Assembly (NCBI GenBank): GCA_002269645.1
Contig: NIVC01001492.1
Location: forward strand, 1 to 64,000
Direction of reading: 5' to 3'
DNA from: Macrostomum lignano
Taxonomy: Eukaryota
DNA: 64,000 nt
Below, in pieces: positions 11,801 through 24,600 of this stretch. Position 1 is the stretch's first letter; every line of letters begins with the position of its first letter. Made by a program: the position numbers and the translations under genes. The notes below the pieces were generated by a model, which saw nothing but the letters and a program-made list of their open reading frames with translations, had not been told where the DNA came from and did no database searches.

Positions 11801-14800
11801 GGGGTCATTGGAATGTTACTGGGGTCATTGGAATGGTACAGGGGTCATTGGAATGGTGTCGGGTCAGAAAAATAGCAACATGGTCATTCCATAGTTATCA
11901 TGTACTTAGGAGGGTCAACGGAGTCACGGAATTTAACTTTACTGGGGTCATTGGAATGGTACAGGGGGTCCTTGGAACGTTACTGGGGTCATTGGAATCG
12001 TAAAGGGGTCATTGGAATGGTACAGGGATCATTGGAATGGTAAAGGGTCATTGGAATGATACAGGGGGTCATTGGAATGGTACAGGAGGGTCATTGGAAT
12101 GTTACTGGGGTCATTGGAGTATTACTGGGGTCATTGGAATGGTACAGGGGGGTCATTGGAATGTTACTGGGGTCTTTGGAGTATTACTGGGGTCATTGGA
12201 ATCGTAAAGGGGTCATTGGAATGGTGCAGGGATCATTGGAATGGTACAGGGGGGTCATTGGAATGGTACAGGGGGTCATTGGAATGGTACAGGGGGTCAT
12301 TGGAATGGTACAGGGGGTCATTGGAATGGTACAGGGGGGTCATTGGAATGTTACTGGGGTCATTGGAGTGTTACTGGGGTCATTGGAATGTTACTGGGGT
12401 CATTGGAGTGTTACTGGGGTCATTGAAGTGGTACAGGGGGGTCATTGGAATGTTACTGGGGTCATTGGAGTGTTACTGGGGTCATTGGAACGTTACTGGG
12501 GTCATTGGAATGGTACAGGGGTCATTGAAATGGTGGCGGGTCAGTAAAATAGCAACATGGTCATTCCAAAGGTATCATGTGTGACAGGAGGGTCAACGGA
12601 GTCACTGAAGTTTTACCCTCACCTGAAACTTGTTCTGCGAATTGAAGGGTATCTCAGCCAGTTTCGGGCATTTCAGTCTAGCGGCGGCCACCGACTTGAC
12701 TTCGCTGGGCAGGTTCAGCTCCGAGCACTTCAGCAGGGCCGTCTCGGAGGCGTCGCCGTTAACTTTACGGCGAAGCACCGGATGTGACTCCTGGTTGGCC
12801 TCAAATTTAGCCCGGCTGCAGAGCATAGCAACTCGAACTGAGAAGTTGGTTAGTTCACAAAGACTCAACTGTTTGACACAAAGACTCGGACTGTTAGACA
12901 CAAAGACTCTACTGTTAGACACAAAGACTTGGACTGTTAGACACAAATATTCTACTGTTAGACACAAAGAATCTACTGTTAGACACAAAGACTCGGACTG
13001 TTAGACACAAAGACTCTACTGTTAGACACAAAGACTTGGACTGTTAGACACAAATATTCTACTGTTAGACACAAATATTCTACTGTTAGATACAAATAAT
13101 CTACTTTTAGACACAAAGACTTGGACTGTTAGACACAAAGACTCGGAGTGTTAGACACAAAGACTTGGACTGTTAGACACAAAGACTCGGAGTGTTAGAC
13201 ACAAAGACTTGGACTGTTAGACACAAAGACTCAGAGTGTTAGACACAAAGACTCTACTGTTAGACACAAAGACTCAGAGTGTTAGACACAAAGAATCTAC
13301 TGTTAGACACAAAGAATCTACTGTTAGACACAAAGAATCTACTGTTAGACACAAGTATTCGGACTGTTAGACACAAAGAATCTACTGTTAGACACAAGGA
13401 TTCGGACTGTTAGACACAAAGAATCTACTGTTAGACACAAAGAATCTACTGTTAGACACAAGGATTCGGACTGTTAGACACAAAGACTCGGAGTGTTAGA
13501 CACAAAGACTTGGACTGTTAGACACAAAGACTCAGAGTGTTAGACACAAAGACTTGAACTGTTAGACACAAAGACTCAGAGTGTTAGACACAAAGACTCG
13601 GACTGTTAGACACAAAGACTCGGACTGTTAGACACAAAGACTCGGACTGTTAGACACAAAGACTTAGGCCCAGAAACTCATCTGCAATACATAACCTACT
13701 GTTAGAGACACAATGGACTGGTAGTCACAAATGCGACCTTTATGATCTGAGCTAATAGAACTGAAAATAAATAAATTTGGCCGCAAATCTAGCTTACACA
13801 ACGCTGAGCAAGTAACATCGCTAACATCGAATTTCTGACTTCCGCTCTGATTCTCAGTGGTGTCAACGTTGTACACTTTGCCGGAATACCACAGATGGGC
13901 AACCGTCATGCGATTCTGAGTCAGCGTACCTGCAATTAATCGGATTTAAGCGCCATCCACGTAGGTGTTTTTAAATTAAAGTGTGTACCAGTAACTAAAA
14001 GTACTCTATCTCAAGTTTCACCGGTTTTGTCGGAGCAGATAACAGAGGTTGAGCCGAGCGTTTCGACAGCTTCCAGATTCTTAACCAGACAGTTTTTCAC
14101 CGCCATCTGCTTAGCGGTCAGAGTGAGACAGAGCGTCACAGTTACCAACAAACCTTCGGGCACGTTGGCAACAATGATACCAATGAGGAACAGCACCGAC
14201 TGGATCCACTTGTAGCCAAAGGCGAATGAGATGCCAAAGAACACCAGGCCGGTGATAACTGCGACCGCCGTGATGATGCGGACAAAGTAGTCGATTTCTC
14301 TGGCAATGGGAGTCTTGCCCGTGTCCAGACCGCTGGTGAGGTTAGCGATTCGCCCCATCACTGTGTTGTCGCCGGTGAAAGTCACAACACCGATGGCCTC
14401 TCCTTCGAGTACGTTGGTGGAAAAGAAAGCCAAATTCTTGGTCTCAAGAGGATTTTCGTGTGTAAACTCGGGCGACCTGGGCTGCGGCTCGCTCTCCCCT
14501 GTGAGGCACGAGTTGTCCACCTTGAAGCTCTTGCAGCTCAGAACCCGGACGTCTGCTGGCATTCGATCGCCAGCCTGAACCCGGATGACATCGCCAACTA
14601 CCAAATCTGTGGCGGAAACATCCTGCTCGACGCCGCTTCTGATGACACGAGCGTGCTGCGGCACCATCTTCTTGAAGCTGTCCATTATGGCTTCGGATTT
14701 GGACTCCTGGTAGAATGAGAAACAGCCGGTGAGCAGGTTGACAACTGCAAGCACGATGCCTAAGATGAGCTGCTCAATTTGAGCATACTGCCCGTTTTGA

Positions 14801-15947
14801 GCTCGGTCGATGCCGTAGGCCACAATGCACAGAATGGAGGCGATCCACAGCAGGTTGGCAAACATGTTGGTCATGCAGCGCAGCAACCGCAGCCACTGAG
14901 GCGTTGTCGGCGGCGGCGTGAGCTCGTTGCTACCGTACAGTTCGAGCCTACGTTCGGCTTCGGATTCCTCTAAGCCCGATTCGGCGTCCGTGCCGAGTCG
15001 CTGGAGGGCAGAGAGAGAGTGAAGATGAGAGTTGCTTTTGTAGATAAGTTTAATAGTGAATCAAGGTTATTTGTCCAAAGCAAAAAATTCAAAATCCCCA
15101 AGCTCTATGGTCAGGTAAAAGCTGTGTTCATTAACCAGAAACGGAGCCAATAATGTAATCATGGCCAACGAACATTGTGCATGCACATTGTTACAGCAGT
15201 TCATCAGGAAACGCAAACGCTAGCTGGAACTGCAACTCCTCTTCTCCTTTAACAACATGGAGGCCGATATATATCAAGAGGTGAATAAAAATTGCAGTAA
15301 ATATTCGTGTTCAATAAACATAAAAATCAGGGGGGGGGGCAAGATGCTTAATGGATTAGCATAATGTTTTTCAATAACAGGAAGCTCTAAGCTGTAAATC
15401 CTCCCCCTAAGGTGAGGTCTTTCACCGCGTTGCTTTTGTGACGTTCTAATGCGTCTGGCAAACGGTAAGTCTACAGCTGTAGTTCCAGGAACGTTGCTTA
15501 GTTCTTTGAAAAAGGAAAAAAGCACAGAAAATCAAAAGACGGCAGCGGTTTAGACAGGCTTTAGCTAATTAAGGAATTGGAACTGGTGTACAGTACAGCT
15601 GGTCAGGCCAGTTATTTTGGGAAAAATTTTTTTTCGGAAAGATGCTTTCTCGGGTTGAACAAACGTGTTTTTTACATATACGAATAATTGAAGTTTTTTC
15701 AAACATTGGTAGGTAACAGTTTGACATGCGCAACACTTTTGTTTAAATAAAGGCTCGCAGATATATTAGCACTGAAAATTACCTGCATCAACTCCGCTAC
15801 GGGAACTTTGTGATCGTCAATTTCAATTTCTTTCTTCAAGTCGTTCAGTTCGCGATCTTTCCGCATCACATCCGTGTTGTTGATGTTGTAAGGCACATCG
15901 GCGCTGCTGTCTGCAGGAGGCCTCGGCGCCGGCCAGAGGAGTCGCAT
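5801..15947 (-). CDS. ATP1A-like: Na+/K+-ATPase alpha subunit-like P2C ATPase; exons 15947-15783, 15000-14022, 13929-13798, 12837-12623, 10397-10026, 9095-8639, 7858-7310, 6033-5801 (3102 nt, 1033 aa; start codon uncertain)
   Basis: All seven introns are GT-AG and phase-consistent. Motifs [77 protein letters not shown] and C-terminal RETYY. Confidence 0.95.
6274..6406. repeat. 21-bp minisatellite (TTACAGGTGACAGACTCAGTG), about 6 copies, in the last ATPase intron
   Basis: Direct tandem copies visible. Confidence 0.9.
7011..7281. repeat. 23-bp minisatellite (GCAGTCATCACTGAGGATTCTGT) with 27-bp variants
   Basis: About 11 tandem copies ending about 27 nt from the donor at 7309. Confidence 0.9.
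9148..9847. repeat. 11-bp-based minisatellite (AACAGCCTAGC) with a higher-order duplication of about 252 bp
   Basis: Variants AACCTCCTAG at about 9411 and 9663, and AACCTAAAAACAG at about 9240 and 9491. Confidence 0.9.
10500..12530. repeat. 20-21-bp minisatellite (GGGGTCATTGGAATGGTACA), about 2 kb, intronic
   Basis: About 95 degenerate tandem copies; source of the many [13 protein letters not shown] pseudo-ORFs. Confidence 0.95.
12855..13663. repeat. 21-22-bp minisatellite (CTGTTAGACACAAAGACTCGGA)
   Basis: About 37 copies filling most of ATPase intron 13797-12838. Confidence 0.95.
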
Positions 15948-16744
15948 CCACCAGCTGCGAATGTTTCGAAAATCGATGATTGACGTCAGTGACGGCCGGC
16001 TGTCGTTGACCCTGACCGGCTGTCTTCGTTGGCGAGCGTAGCGATACTCGCGAAGAATTACACTGCGCGCAGCCAAAGGCGCTCGAAAACCCTGATGGTC
16101 TGGCATATTCTTTTAAATATTCAGGAGATTTGATGTGTCGCAATTTCAGAGCTGAGTCTGGAGTCTGGCTTGTTGAATTGAAACCCGGGTAAGTTGACGA
16201 CTTGCTTCATAAATGCCTCAATGCCATAGACTAAAGCTCACGAGATAATTAAAGAATGTACTAATGCCATTCTTTCGGTTTTGAAGAATTGAATGATTTT
16301 TAAAAGTACATATTGGCTTTGACTTCGCAGTACTTACTTTTAAATACACGCAAACCCCAGCCTTAGCACACTAATTCGCGTAATTATTACTTGCGACGAA
16401 CTGCATCGATTCGTTGGTTCGTTACTAAATCGAGTTGATTCAATACTCTCAGCATTCCTCTCCCTCCAACTGCTCTGCTTCCGTCTGTTCTCAGATTGAG
16501 TAAAGACGAGATCGGTAAATCAGTCCGTTTCGATTAGCTTTAGCAGGCATGATGAAGAGACAAGAATCCAGTTGCGGCGTCTGCATGAAAATCCATAATT
16601 ATTGAGTACCAAGGCATGTTTCATGGTTTAGAAATAGGAAATGTTTTGACTGCAATTTTTAATGCGCTTGTAGATTGCGCTTCTATCTCAGCGTGTTCTG
16701 CTGCAATTGTGAGGCAGGGAGTGAGGGAGAGGGTAAGCTTGATA

Positions 16745-16865
16745 GGGTTAGAGATGGTGAGGGAAAGGGTGAAAGAGGGTGAGTGAGGGAGAGGGTGAGT
16801 GAGGGAGAGGGTGAGTGAGGGAGAGGGTGAGGGAGAGGGTGAGTTAGAGGCCAGTGAGAGGGTGA
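16745..16865. repeat. GA-rich low-complexity repeat (GAGTGAGGGAGAGGGT)
   Basis: Degenerate 16-bp purine-rich units. Confidence 0.7.
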
Positions 16866-17323
16866 CGGAGAGAGCTCAAGAGAGGTAGGGGCGATGGTAA
16901 GGACGAGGTCGAAGGCGAAGGCGCAGGCACATACGCGTGGGTACCGCATTGCATTCAACCCAGTTTGACATTTAACAACAATGAGCAGCTCAGATTCAAC
17001 CGGCTCAAAGGTTAACAGCATTCGTGAAAAAGGACTGAAATGCCATGTATACTTGCAAAGTTTTTTTGGAACATCATTGCACTTTAACAGCGGGACTTTC
17101 CCTCGATGTTTTTTCAATTATGTATGCTTCATCTATCATTTCTGATTTTGATTTACAATGCAGCCCGGTTCCTAACAAAACTGATAATCAAATTCATGCA
17201 GACTCGCCATGGGGGGGCTACCAGGCAGGCAGACGGAGAAATTAAAATTGCAAAAAGCATGACAGACTGAAGCGAAAAATTTGGTAGCCATGCACGCATG
17301 AAGAACGGATGAGCGATTCGTAA

Positions 17324-17554
17324 CTCTCGCACTTTTTTTGAGCCGCTGCTGCGCCCCCAGAGCCGGCTTCCTTCAGATCCCCGGGGATCTCACTCGGTCG
17401 GGGCTGCGCATGAGCGAGAGTCGGGAGGAGAAAGGGAACCCCGGCATCCCTTCACTCCTGCTCTTCCCAGGTCTCAGCTGCTCGAGACTGGGGAACTTTT
17501 TCTCGCAGGCCTCGCCCTGCCCGCCATGTCGCTGTCAATACAGGGGCACCAGGC
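17324..17554. other. GC-rich multi-hairpin element of unknown identity, upstream of the ATPase
   Basis: 16-bp perfect palindrome at 17375-17390 plus at least four further stems (see findings). Confidence 0.4.
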
Positions 17555-17900
17555 AAAGGAGGGAGAGCCAGGGAAAGAAACTCAATAAGCGCAAATCCGT
17601 CTGCACAAAGCGCAGTATTTGACAGAGAAATCTGATCGCCAAGGGATAAGCGGATTTCGCATGGGCTCGCATCGGTAGCAGACAGACCACTTGGAACTTG
17701 AGCTTCCTTAATGAGCAGATTGTCCAGTACAGAGGCTAGTTGTGTAATCTGTGTGCAGCATCGGAGAGAGTTAAGAGTGCAATGGCCAGACATTAGTTTT
17801 ATGAGCTAGTATGATGATCGACGATACCCTGCCATCAGCTTAGTCAGCAGATGGAATGGGTTACCGCATTTACCGCCAGCGCTGCAAGTTAAGCGACCAG

Positions 17901-18445
17901 GGTGCTGGCGCCCCTGGTGCTGGCGCCCCTGGTGCTAAAGCCCCTGGTGCTGGCGCCCCTGGTGCTGGCGCCCCTGGTGCTGGCGCCCCTGGTGCTGGCG
18001 CCCCTGGTGCTGGCGCCCCTGGTGCTGGCGCCCCTGGTGCTGGCGCCCCTGGTGCTGGCGCCCCTGGTGCTGGCGCCCCTGGTGCTGGCGCCCCTGGTGC
18101 TGGCGCCCCTGGTGCTGGCGCCCCTGGTGCTGGCGCCCCTGGTGCTAAAGCCCCTGGTGCTGGCGCCCCTGGTGCTGGCGCCCCTGGTGCTAAAGCCCCT
18201 GGTGCTGGCGCCCCTGGTGCTGGCGCCCCTGGTGCTGGCGCCCCTGGTGCTGGCGCCCCTGGTGCTGGCACCCCTGGTGCTGGCGCCCCTGGTGCTGGCG
18301 CCCCTGGTGCTGGCACCCCTGGTGCTAAAGCCCCTGGTGCTAAAGCCCCTGGTGCTAAAGCCCCTTGGTGCTAAGGTTCCTGGGTGCTAAAGCCCCTTGG
18401 TGCTAAGGTTCCTGAGTGCTAAAGCCCCTTGGTGCTAAAGCCCCT
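17901..18445. repeat. 15-bp GC-rich minisatellite (GGTGCTGGCGCCCCT; variant GGTGCTAAAGCCCCT)
   Basis: About 35 copies. Confidence 0.95.
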
Positions 18446-19378
18446 GTAAAGACAGCTGTGTAGCTATAGCTATGATTTGACTGAGCATTTAAAAAAAGCA
18501 TAGTTAGGAACAACAGTAACCCCCGCTAGGAGTTCACTGCTATCGTCAGACAATAACGTTAACTGTTAATACAATAGCTTCACAGAGGAAGAACAGCCAT
18601 TGTGTCAACATCAGAAATTTCCAACTGTCGATTGCCAACTGTCTGCTTTTTTTCATTTAAAAAGCCTTCATCCAATTTGCTAGAAGCTAGAAATAGCTAC
18701 CAACCACCAGCTACTCAAAAGCTGTCAGATAACATTGATTAGTCCAGACTACTGCTAGGGGTGCGCTGTCCATAATGCAGATCCCATGGGACAGCGGGAA
18801 CAACTGGTCAAGAACCCGACGTCCAATCACGGGTCTCTCAGGCCGCTTCTAAGTCCCGCACCAGCCAAGAGTGGATGAGTAAAGTGCCCACCACAAAGCC
18901 TAAAAAACACAAGCAGATCGCTCAGTTTTGACCTCCTTTGCCGCACACTTGACTATCAGTTACTTGTTGGCATCGATTTAAAAAAAACTCTAACAAAGGA
19001 ATCAAAATTAACATTATAAGCAGAGCGACTGCAGAGACCAAACAGTCAGGGCGGAGCGCCGCCCTAACATGCTGTCCTTAAAACTGCCTCTAGCGCGGCA
19101 ACTTCAAGCAGAGCTCAGTCAACCCTCGAATCGAGTAACAGTTCATTAAAATCGTAAAGTGAGAACATCATGGAGATACAACAAGGAGGTGAGCAGTTGT
19201 GTATCTACCATATCTGCTATTCTCCGATGAAAGCAATTGTCACTAGTCTCTTGTAGCTAAAATAAATATCTTGTTGAAAACAGACCTTTTCTGACTGGTT
19301 CTAGTACATGATAAACTTCTATCTTTCTTGAACTATATAATTTTGACTTGTAAGATTTTTCTTCTGGTTAGACATAAT

Positions 19379-19692
19379 CAGGGGCGTCGCCATGAGTTAT
19401 ATGGTGGGGGGACAAAGACAATTATTTAACGTGTACATGTACATTTCTATTATTTTGAGAATCGTGTTGTCAGCGCTCATTTTAGCGCCGCAGGCATTCC
19501 TTTTAGCGCCATAGGCACTATTTTGGCGCCGAAGGCGCTATATTTGATATTTTAGCGCCCTGAAAAAAAATTTTTGATTACCACAACGGGTCACAAGGTG
19601 GGGTGGGGGGGACAAAGCATTGGCATGTCCCCCATAGCATTTACTGGAGGGGGTCATGTCCCCCCTGTCCCCCCCCGGTGGCGACGCGCCTG
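19379..19692. mobile_element. hAT-type MITE, 314 bp
   Basis: TIRs CAGGGGCGTCGCCA / TGGCGACGCGCCTG (13 of 14 match); perfect 8-bp TSD GACATAAT at 19371-19378 and 19693-19700. Confidence 0.9.
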
Positions 19693-19949
19693 GACATAAT
19701 ACACCTACTAAAAGATTCGTAATCTTCTTAGGACCACAAAGCGGCTCAATATTAGCTTAGCTTATACAATAAAGCTTTAAAATTGAGTTAGTTTTTTGCC
19801 TTAATCCCACCTGATTTAGATTAGCACAAACCGCTAATATCGTTCGTATGCAACTTCTAAGTCGATTTTATTCGAATATTTGTTCCTGTCATTCAGGATA
19901 AAAAAGTTTTATAAGCCTTATCATTGGATTACCAGTTGAGTCATTTTTT

Positions 19950-21600
19950 CGCCTCCTAATACAGACGGCCCTGCAAAGCTGGATATTTCTGATGAAGAGA
20001 CGGCTGCTCACTTTCCCTCTTACAATTGAAGGGCGCACACAGCCGTTTCCGATTAGCTGTCAATAGCGACTCATCAATCATCCATGCAGGAACATTATAG
20101 TCCATTGCCCAACTGCGATAACTCCCACGCGCTCAAGTGCATACAGATTTTAATATTTCTCTCAATATTGCTTTCCAAATAGGAAATCAAACAGAACAAT
20201 ATCCCCAGCTAAACCCAGCTTGGCAACGAAAAAACAATTCTAGTGATACGCTTTGGTCGCTGCCCTGTCCTGTTCTGCGTACACCTCAGCTCCGTGAACT
20301 ATATGCTTGTAGGTAGCTGCATGTAGTGCTTCCTTGACAGTACGAAGGGCAGTGAACATTCGCCCAGAGTTGCATAACACCAACCGAAACGCCTTGGCGG
20401 CATCTTTTGATCTCATCTTATTAACCCCGGCATACCTAAGAGGCCAGGCATGGAAATACCAGTACAGTATAGGGGCATTAATTCTGCTTGAATTGCTGCT
20501 CTGCGTCACACCGCGTATCAGATGGCAACTTTGTGCATCACATTGGCACAATTGCATTCACTGTGCCACATTCAGCTAGTGTGAGAAACACTGATGCACC
20601 TTTGCAGCATTGCTTTGGCATCTGAGCTGGTCTAACACAGCTCCTTGACAGTGAAACCCCGATACATTATTTAGTTGGTTTGAGTCACAGGGCAGGCCAC
20701 AACCGCGAGGGAGCTTTGATGAGGCAAAAGTACCTTGAAAAGTCACGCAATTCTCAGGTGTACAAAGCGATGCAGCTGATAAGAATCAGTCTTTTTAGCA
20801 CTGAACTGTGTTGATCCACAGAGAGAGCAAAGATGAGATTTTCCAGGCGCAGACGGTTGTCGATGGAAGAAAATTCTACATCAAACTGTGAACAGAGCCT
20901 TAGATCAATACATAAGAAACGAGTGGCAAAATTTTTGTCGGGAGAGAGTAGGGAGAGTTTGCGAAGCAGCAACAGCATTGCTTAGTATAGTAGACTAGCA
21001 CAACGCCCCCCTCAACGGAATTAGCTGGGTGGGGAGGCGTGTCTAGGGAGTTGGCCAGTGCGAACTGAATAGAAAACATCTGCGCCCTATTCAAGGACCT
21101 GCCTTCCCTTTGCACGCTTCCCGAGACGGGCCCTTCTCATCCTTCACACCGTCTGTCAAATTCTGCAATCCACTTCAGCCTGGCTGTGCCAACTCTTCAA
21201 CTAACGCTTCATCGCCTCTCTTCAGTCTGTGGATCAGGATGGCCCCGCAGTGTAAATGGTCGCACACTTGACTCAACTTTAGCCCACAGCACAAACAGGA
21301 AGCTGACAGGGAGCCCCCTGGGTAAGAAGCAGCATATATAGGTTGCTACAACTTGGCTTTTCCAGGAAAATCTGTGCTCCATCTGCCACGAACAAGGCCT
21401 GATAGCTTTTCGACTCAGACAAACAATACTTGAAGGTCTGCGTGCCGTAAAAGGAGAAACTGCATACGTGTCTGATGTGTGTGGGGTAGCAGAGAAGGCG
21501 GAGATAGCGGCTGAGGGCAGACCTGATGCAGCATCTCGTGATTCTCCTCTCTGGCCGCCTACTGAGCAATACTGTAGCTGAATGCCAGCGCATGTGGGTT
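19950..21600 (-). mobile_element. Highly decayed non-LTR retrotransposon fragment (RT-like)
   Basis: Broken frames with remnants of RT motifs: DFSRYF (cf. DFSKAF), RGVTQSS (cf. GVPQGS), RYAGV (cf. KYLGV), ATYKHIVHGAEVY. Boundaries are uncertain. Confidence 0.4.
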
Positions 21601-24600
21601 AGCTTTACAGGAAATCTTCCCTATGCTCCACGAGAATCCGTCCGCGTCGCTCTCCGATCCCCCCTCTTCTCTCGTCTCGCATTTCTATCCGGTTCGCATT
21701 TCGATTCCTTTCCTGAAGCAGAGGCTCCTTTCCGCATTCTTTTCGCGCTTGCACCGAGCCACATTGGGGCGGATGGAGTCCCTACTCTTGTAGAAAACAA
21801 CCTCATCAGCTCTAATTTTCAGACGAGCGCGCTAGTTGAGAAAAACCCGTTTGCGTGTCGCGAATTCGAATACAGAAGCTCACGATTTTTGGCTAGCTTT
21901 GTATTAATAAATCAACTCGCGCCTTTTGCCGAATGTAAGTTTCTAAGCTTAGATTAAAATCTGGAAGGCTGATTATTCAAAATCATATATTGCACTTTTC
22001 ATAAGTACTTTGGGCCTGATGAGAAGCAAAAAGGAAGCACGAGAGCTATAAGAAGCAAACTTTGAGCTATATTCAGTAAAAAATTTTAAAAGGTTACGCT
22101 TCAGTTGATGTTGCAAGTGCTTCTTTGCTTGAGCCGCGAGACAGTCTTAATCTGCTGTAGTCGGACACCTATCAGATGCTCAATATGGCTCAGTGTGCTC
22201 TGCACCACACGCAGCTCAGGCGACTAAACCTAAGCCCGATCTATAAGTTGGTCACGTGTTAGGCCTTTGCCCCCACCCCAGGTTGTGGTCTATTTTTAGG
22301 CTTAATCGGCGATTGAATGAATGTCGGGTCGCGAGTCATTTGCATCCTGAGGACTGACTCGTCCTCGCCGTAGGGATCTGTGTGGCAGTGCTATTACGAG
22401 CTAATATGTGAATTAAAAGAACTAATCTGGAATTATTAACTAGCTATATCTGGATGAATTGATACTTTTACCAGAAAAAATCTGTGAAACGATAGATCAG
22501 TGTCATGCATTGAGGACTAGAGGATCTCTATTTTGTTGAGCACGAGTGGAACACAAGATAGACCTGATAGCTTGGACCTCTCGTTCAGGATGGCCGTCTG
22601 ATATAGAAACTATTTGGTCCGGTGGCTTGGTATTAGATTTCCGAAGCAGTGAAAGGGACGAATATGCGCGGTAAAAAAGAGGCTGAATTACAGCCTAAAG
22701 TCTCTCTGCGGTGCAAAGTACTTCTCGCTCCCATCCCTCACTCGCTGTGTGAGCTCTCCACTCCATACGCATCTAGCGGTCTCCGTCCCAACAGCCTTTA
22801 TGTCTACCCACTCTGTGTGGAGGAGAAACTTCAGTCCCCTGGATCTTTAAGCAGCGTGCAAAGAGAGTTTGGCGGCTGGCTACGCTGTATACTTTCCTCT
22901 CTTCTCAATTTTAGGGTCCTTTTGAGCTCAGTCTGCGCTAAATTTGTTGGGTCAGCATTTTTAGAGTATTGGATCGAGAGAGAGAGATTCTGGATTGGAC
23001 TCAATCCTATCCACTTGTGAGTTCTAGGCCTGAGCTGAAATTGCTGGGGAATTGAGACCAGGTCAGGTCAGCGGCCTGCCAGAGCTCATTCACTCTGTTC
23101 TGCACTTACTCCAGTTGGCTCTCTTTTAGAAGAAACACCCAAATTAATTTTTGGTGAGAGGCAGATATAGTCCTCATGTGATTAAGTATTGGGCATGATT
23201 GAGTCGAAAACAATGTACACAGTCTAGCACTAAGCTCGTTAAAGTGCTTTGAAAGAACACCGTTTGCTTGCAGTCCTGCATAATCCCCGGGGCTCAAAGG
23301 CCTAAAAGCATAGCGAAGGCTAGAATCTCATAAATCATATTTAACGAGCCCGGTCTGAGTCTGAGCGCCTGTCAGATGTCCATATTTAACTATTAGTTAA
23401 CCTTTTAAGCTTATACTTCTCCTGTTTACACCCAAGTCAGTAAATTGCAGTCAGCAAGGATGCTCACCATGCACGGTGCCATCTTGAGTCGGTTAGCCTG
23501 TTGTATAAATTATCCGCAATTCTATATAGACACCGATAGAGCGTTAGAGCGAGAGCTGGAAGTTTAGCATTGTCAACCCAGGCTGTAGAGAGAAACATAC
23601 CTATGGGGGACGGAATGCGTCCTAATTAATTATTAATGAGGTCGCCCCCCCGGTGGTCACTCCCTGCTAGGCCTCAGGCGCGGCACCCGTCCAGGTCCGG
23701 CTATCCCTTGCCATCTTTTATATATTTCTCTGTTTCTCAACGATAGTCACTTCCGCTCTCTACCAGAAAGAACAGTACCGCAGCTGGGCACCCCCCGCGC
23801 ACTGGTACTTTTCTAAACTACTAGGCGCGTACAAAAAAGCAAATTCTGTCAACCGGTTGAAGAGCTGACAGACTTGTGTGTACACTGGCACTGTTGAAAC
23901 TGCGATATAGTCAGAGAAAGAGAGAGAGGCAGACAGACAGAGGGGTAAATCATATATAGTACTGAGCTACCTCTGAATACAATCAATAAAAAAATGTACT
24001 GTCAAGATAGCCAGAAGATCAATAAATCATTTGCTTGACTGATCATGTTTGAGAAACACTGACTGATAGAAGATTTTCGTTGACGATCTATTGTGTAAAT
24101 ATGAAACGCGTCTATAATATTGCCAATAAAACTGCGACATGATTTATTTCCGAGGTTTTACTAAAACCCTAATGTACTTAGATTGCAGAAAACTAATAGT
24201 GGTCCTTGTTTAGCCAACTAATTTTTAACAGTCATAATTTTCTTTTACTTGACCGTAAACTTGCAGATTTAAGTGTAAAACGTTAGCCTAGCAAGCGTGG
24301 TTGAACGGGCAGCTTCCCCCCCACAGCCTTTTATGAATGCATTTGGCAGGCAGCCACTGACTGTACGAGTTCCCAGTCGAGGACTGGGATCGGGACAAAT
24401 CAACAGGGGGAGTCCCATGAGGATTCCTGCAGTTCCCGCTTATGCGGCTACTGCTGCTGCTGACTTTTATTAGAATTGTTGGCTGGTTGGTGAGAGAGTG
24501 AGTGAGATGGAGCTTGGCAGAGAGGCTGGAGTGCCCGAGTGGAGTCCCTAATTGGAGTTTGAATAGCATTCTCGGGCACATAAATGAGTCTGTACATGCA

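Noticed and set aside
10538-12584. Many [13 protein letters not shown] ORFs
   Set aside because: Intronic 20-21-bp satellite on the opposite strand to the ATPase.
17297-17310. 5.8S rRNA-like ATGAAGAACG
   Set aside because: Only about a 10-nt match; the flanks do not resemble 5.8S.
17856-18390. GAGAP silk/elastin-like ORFs
   Set aside because: The 15-bp unit is stop-free in several frames on both strands; no signal peptide or splice support.
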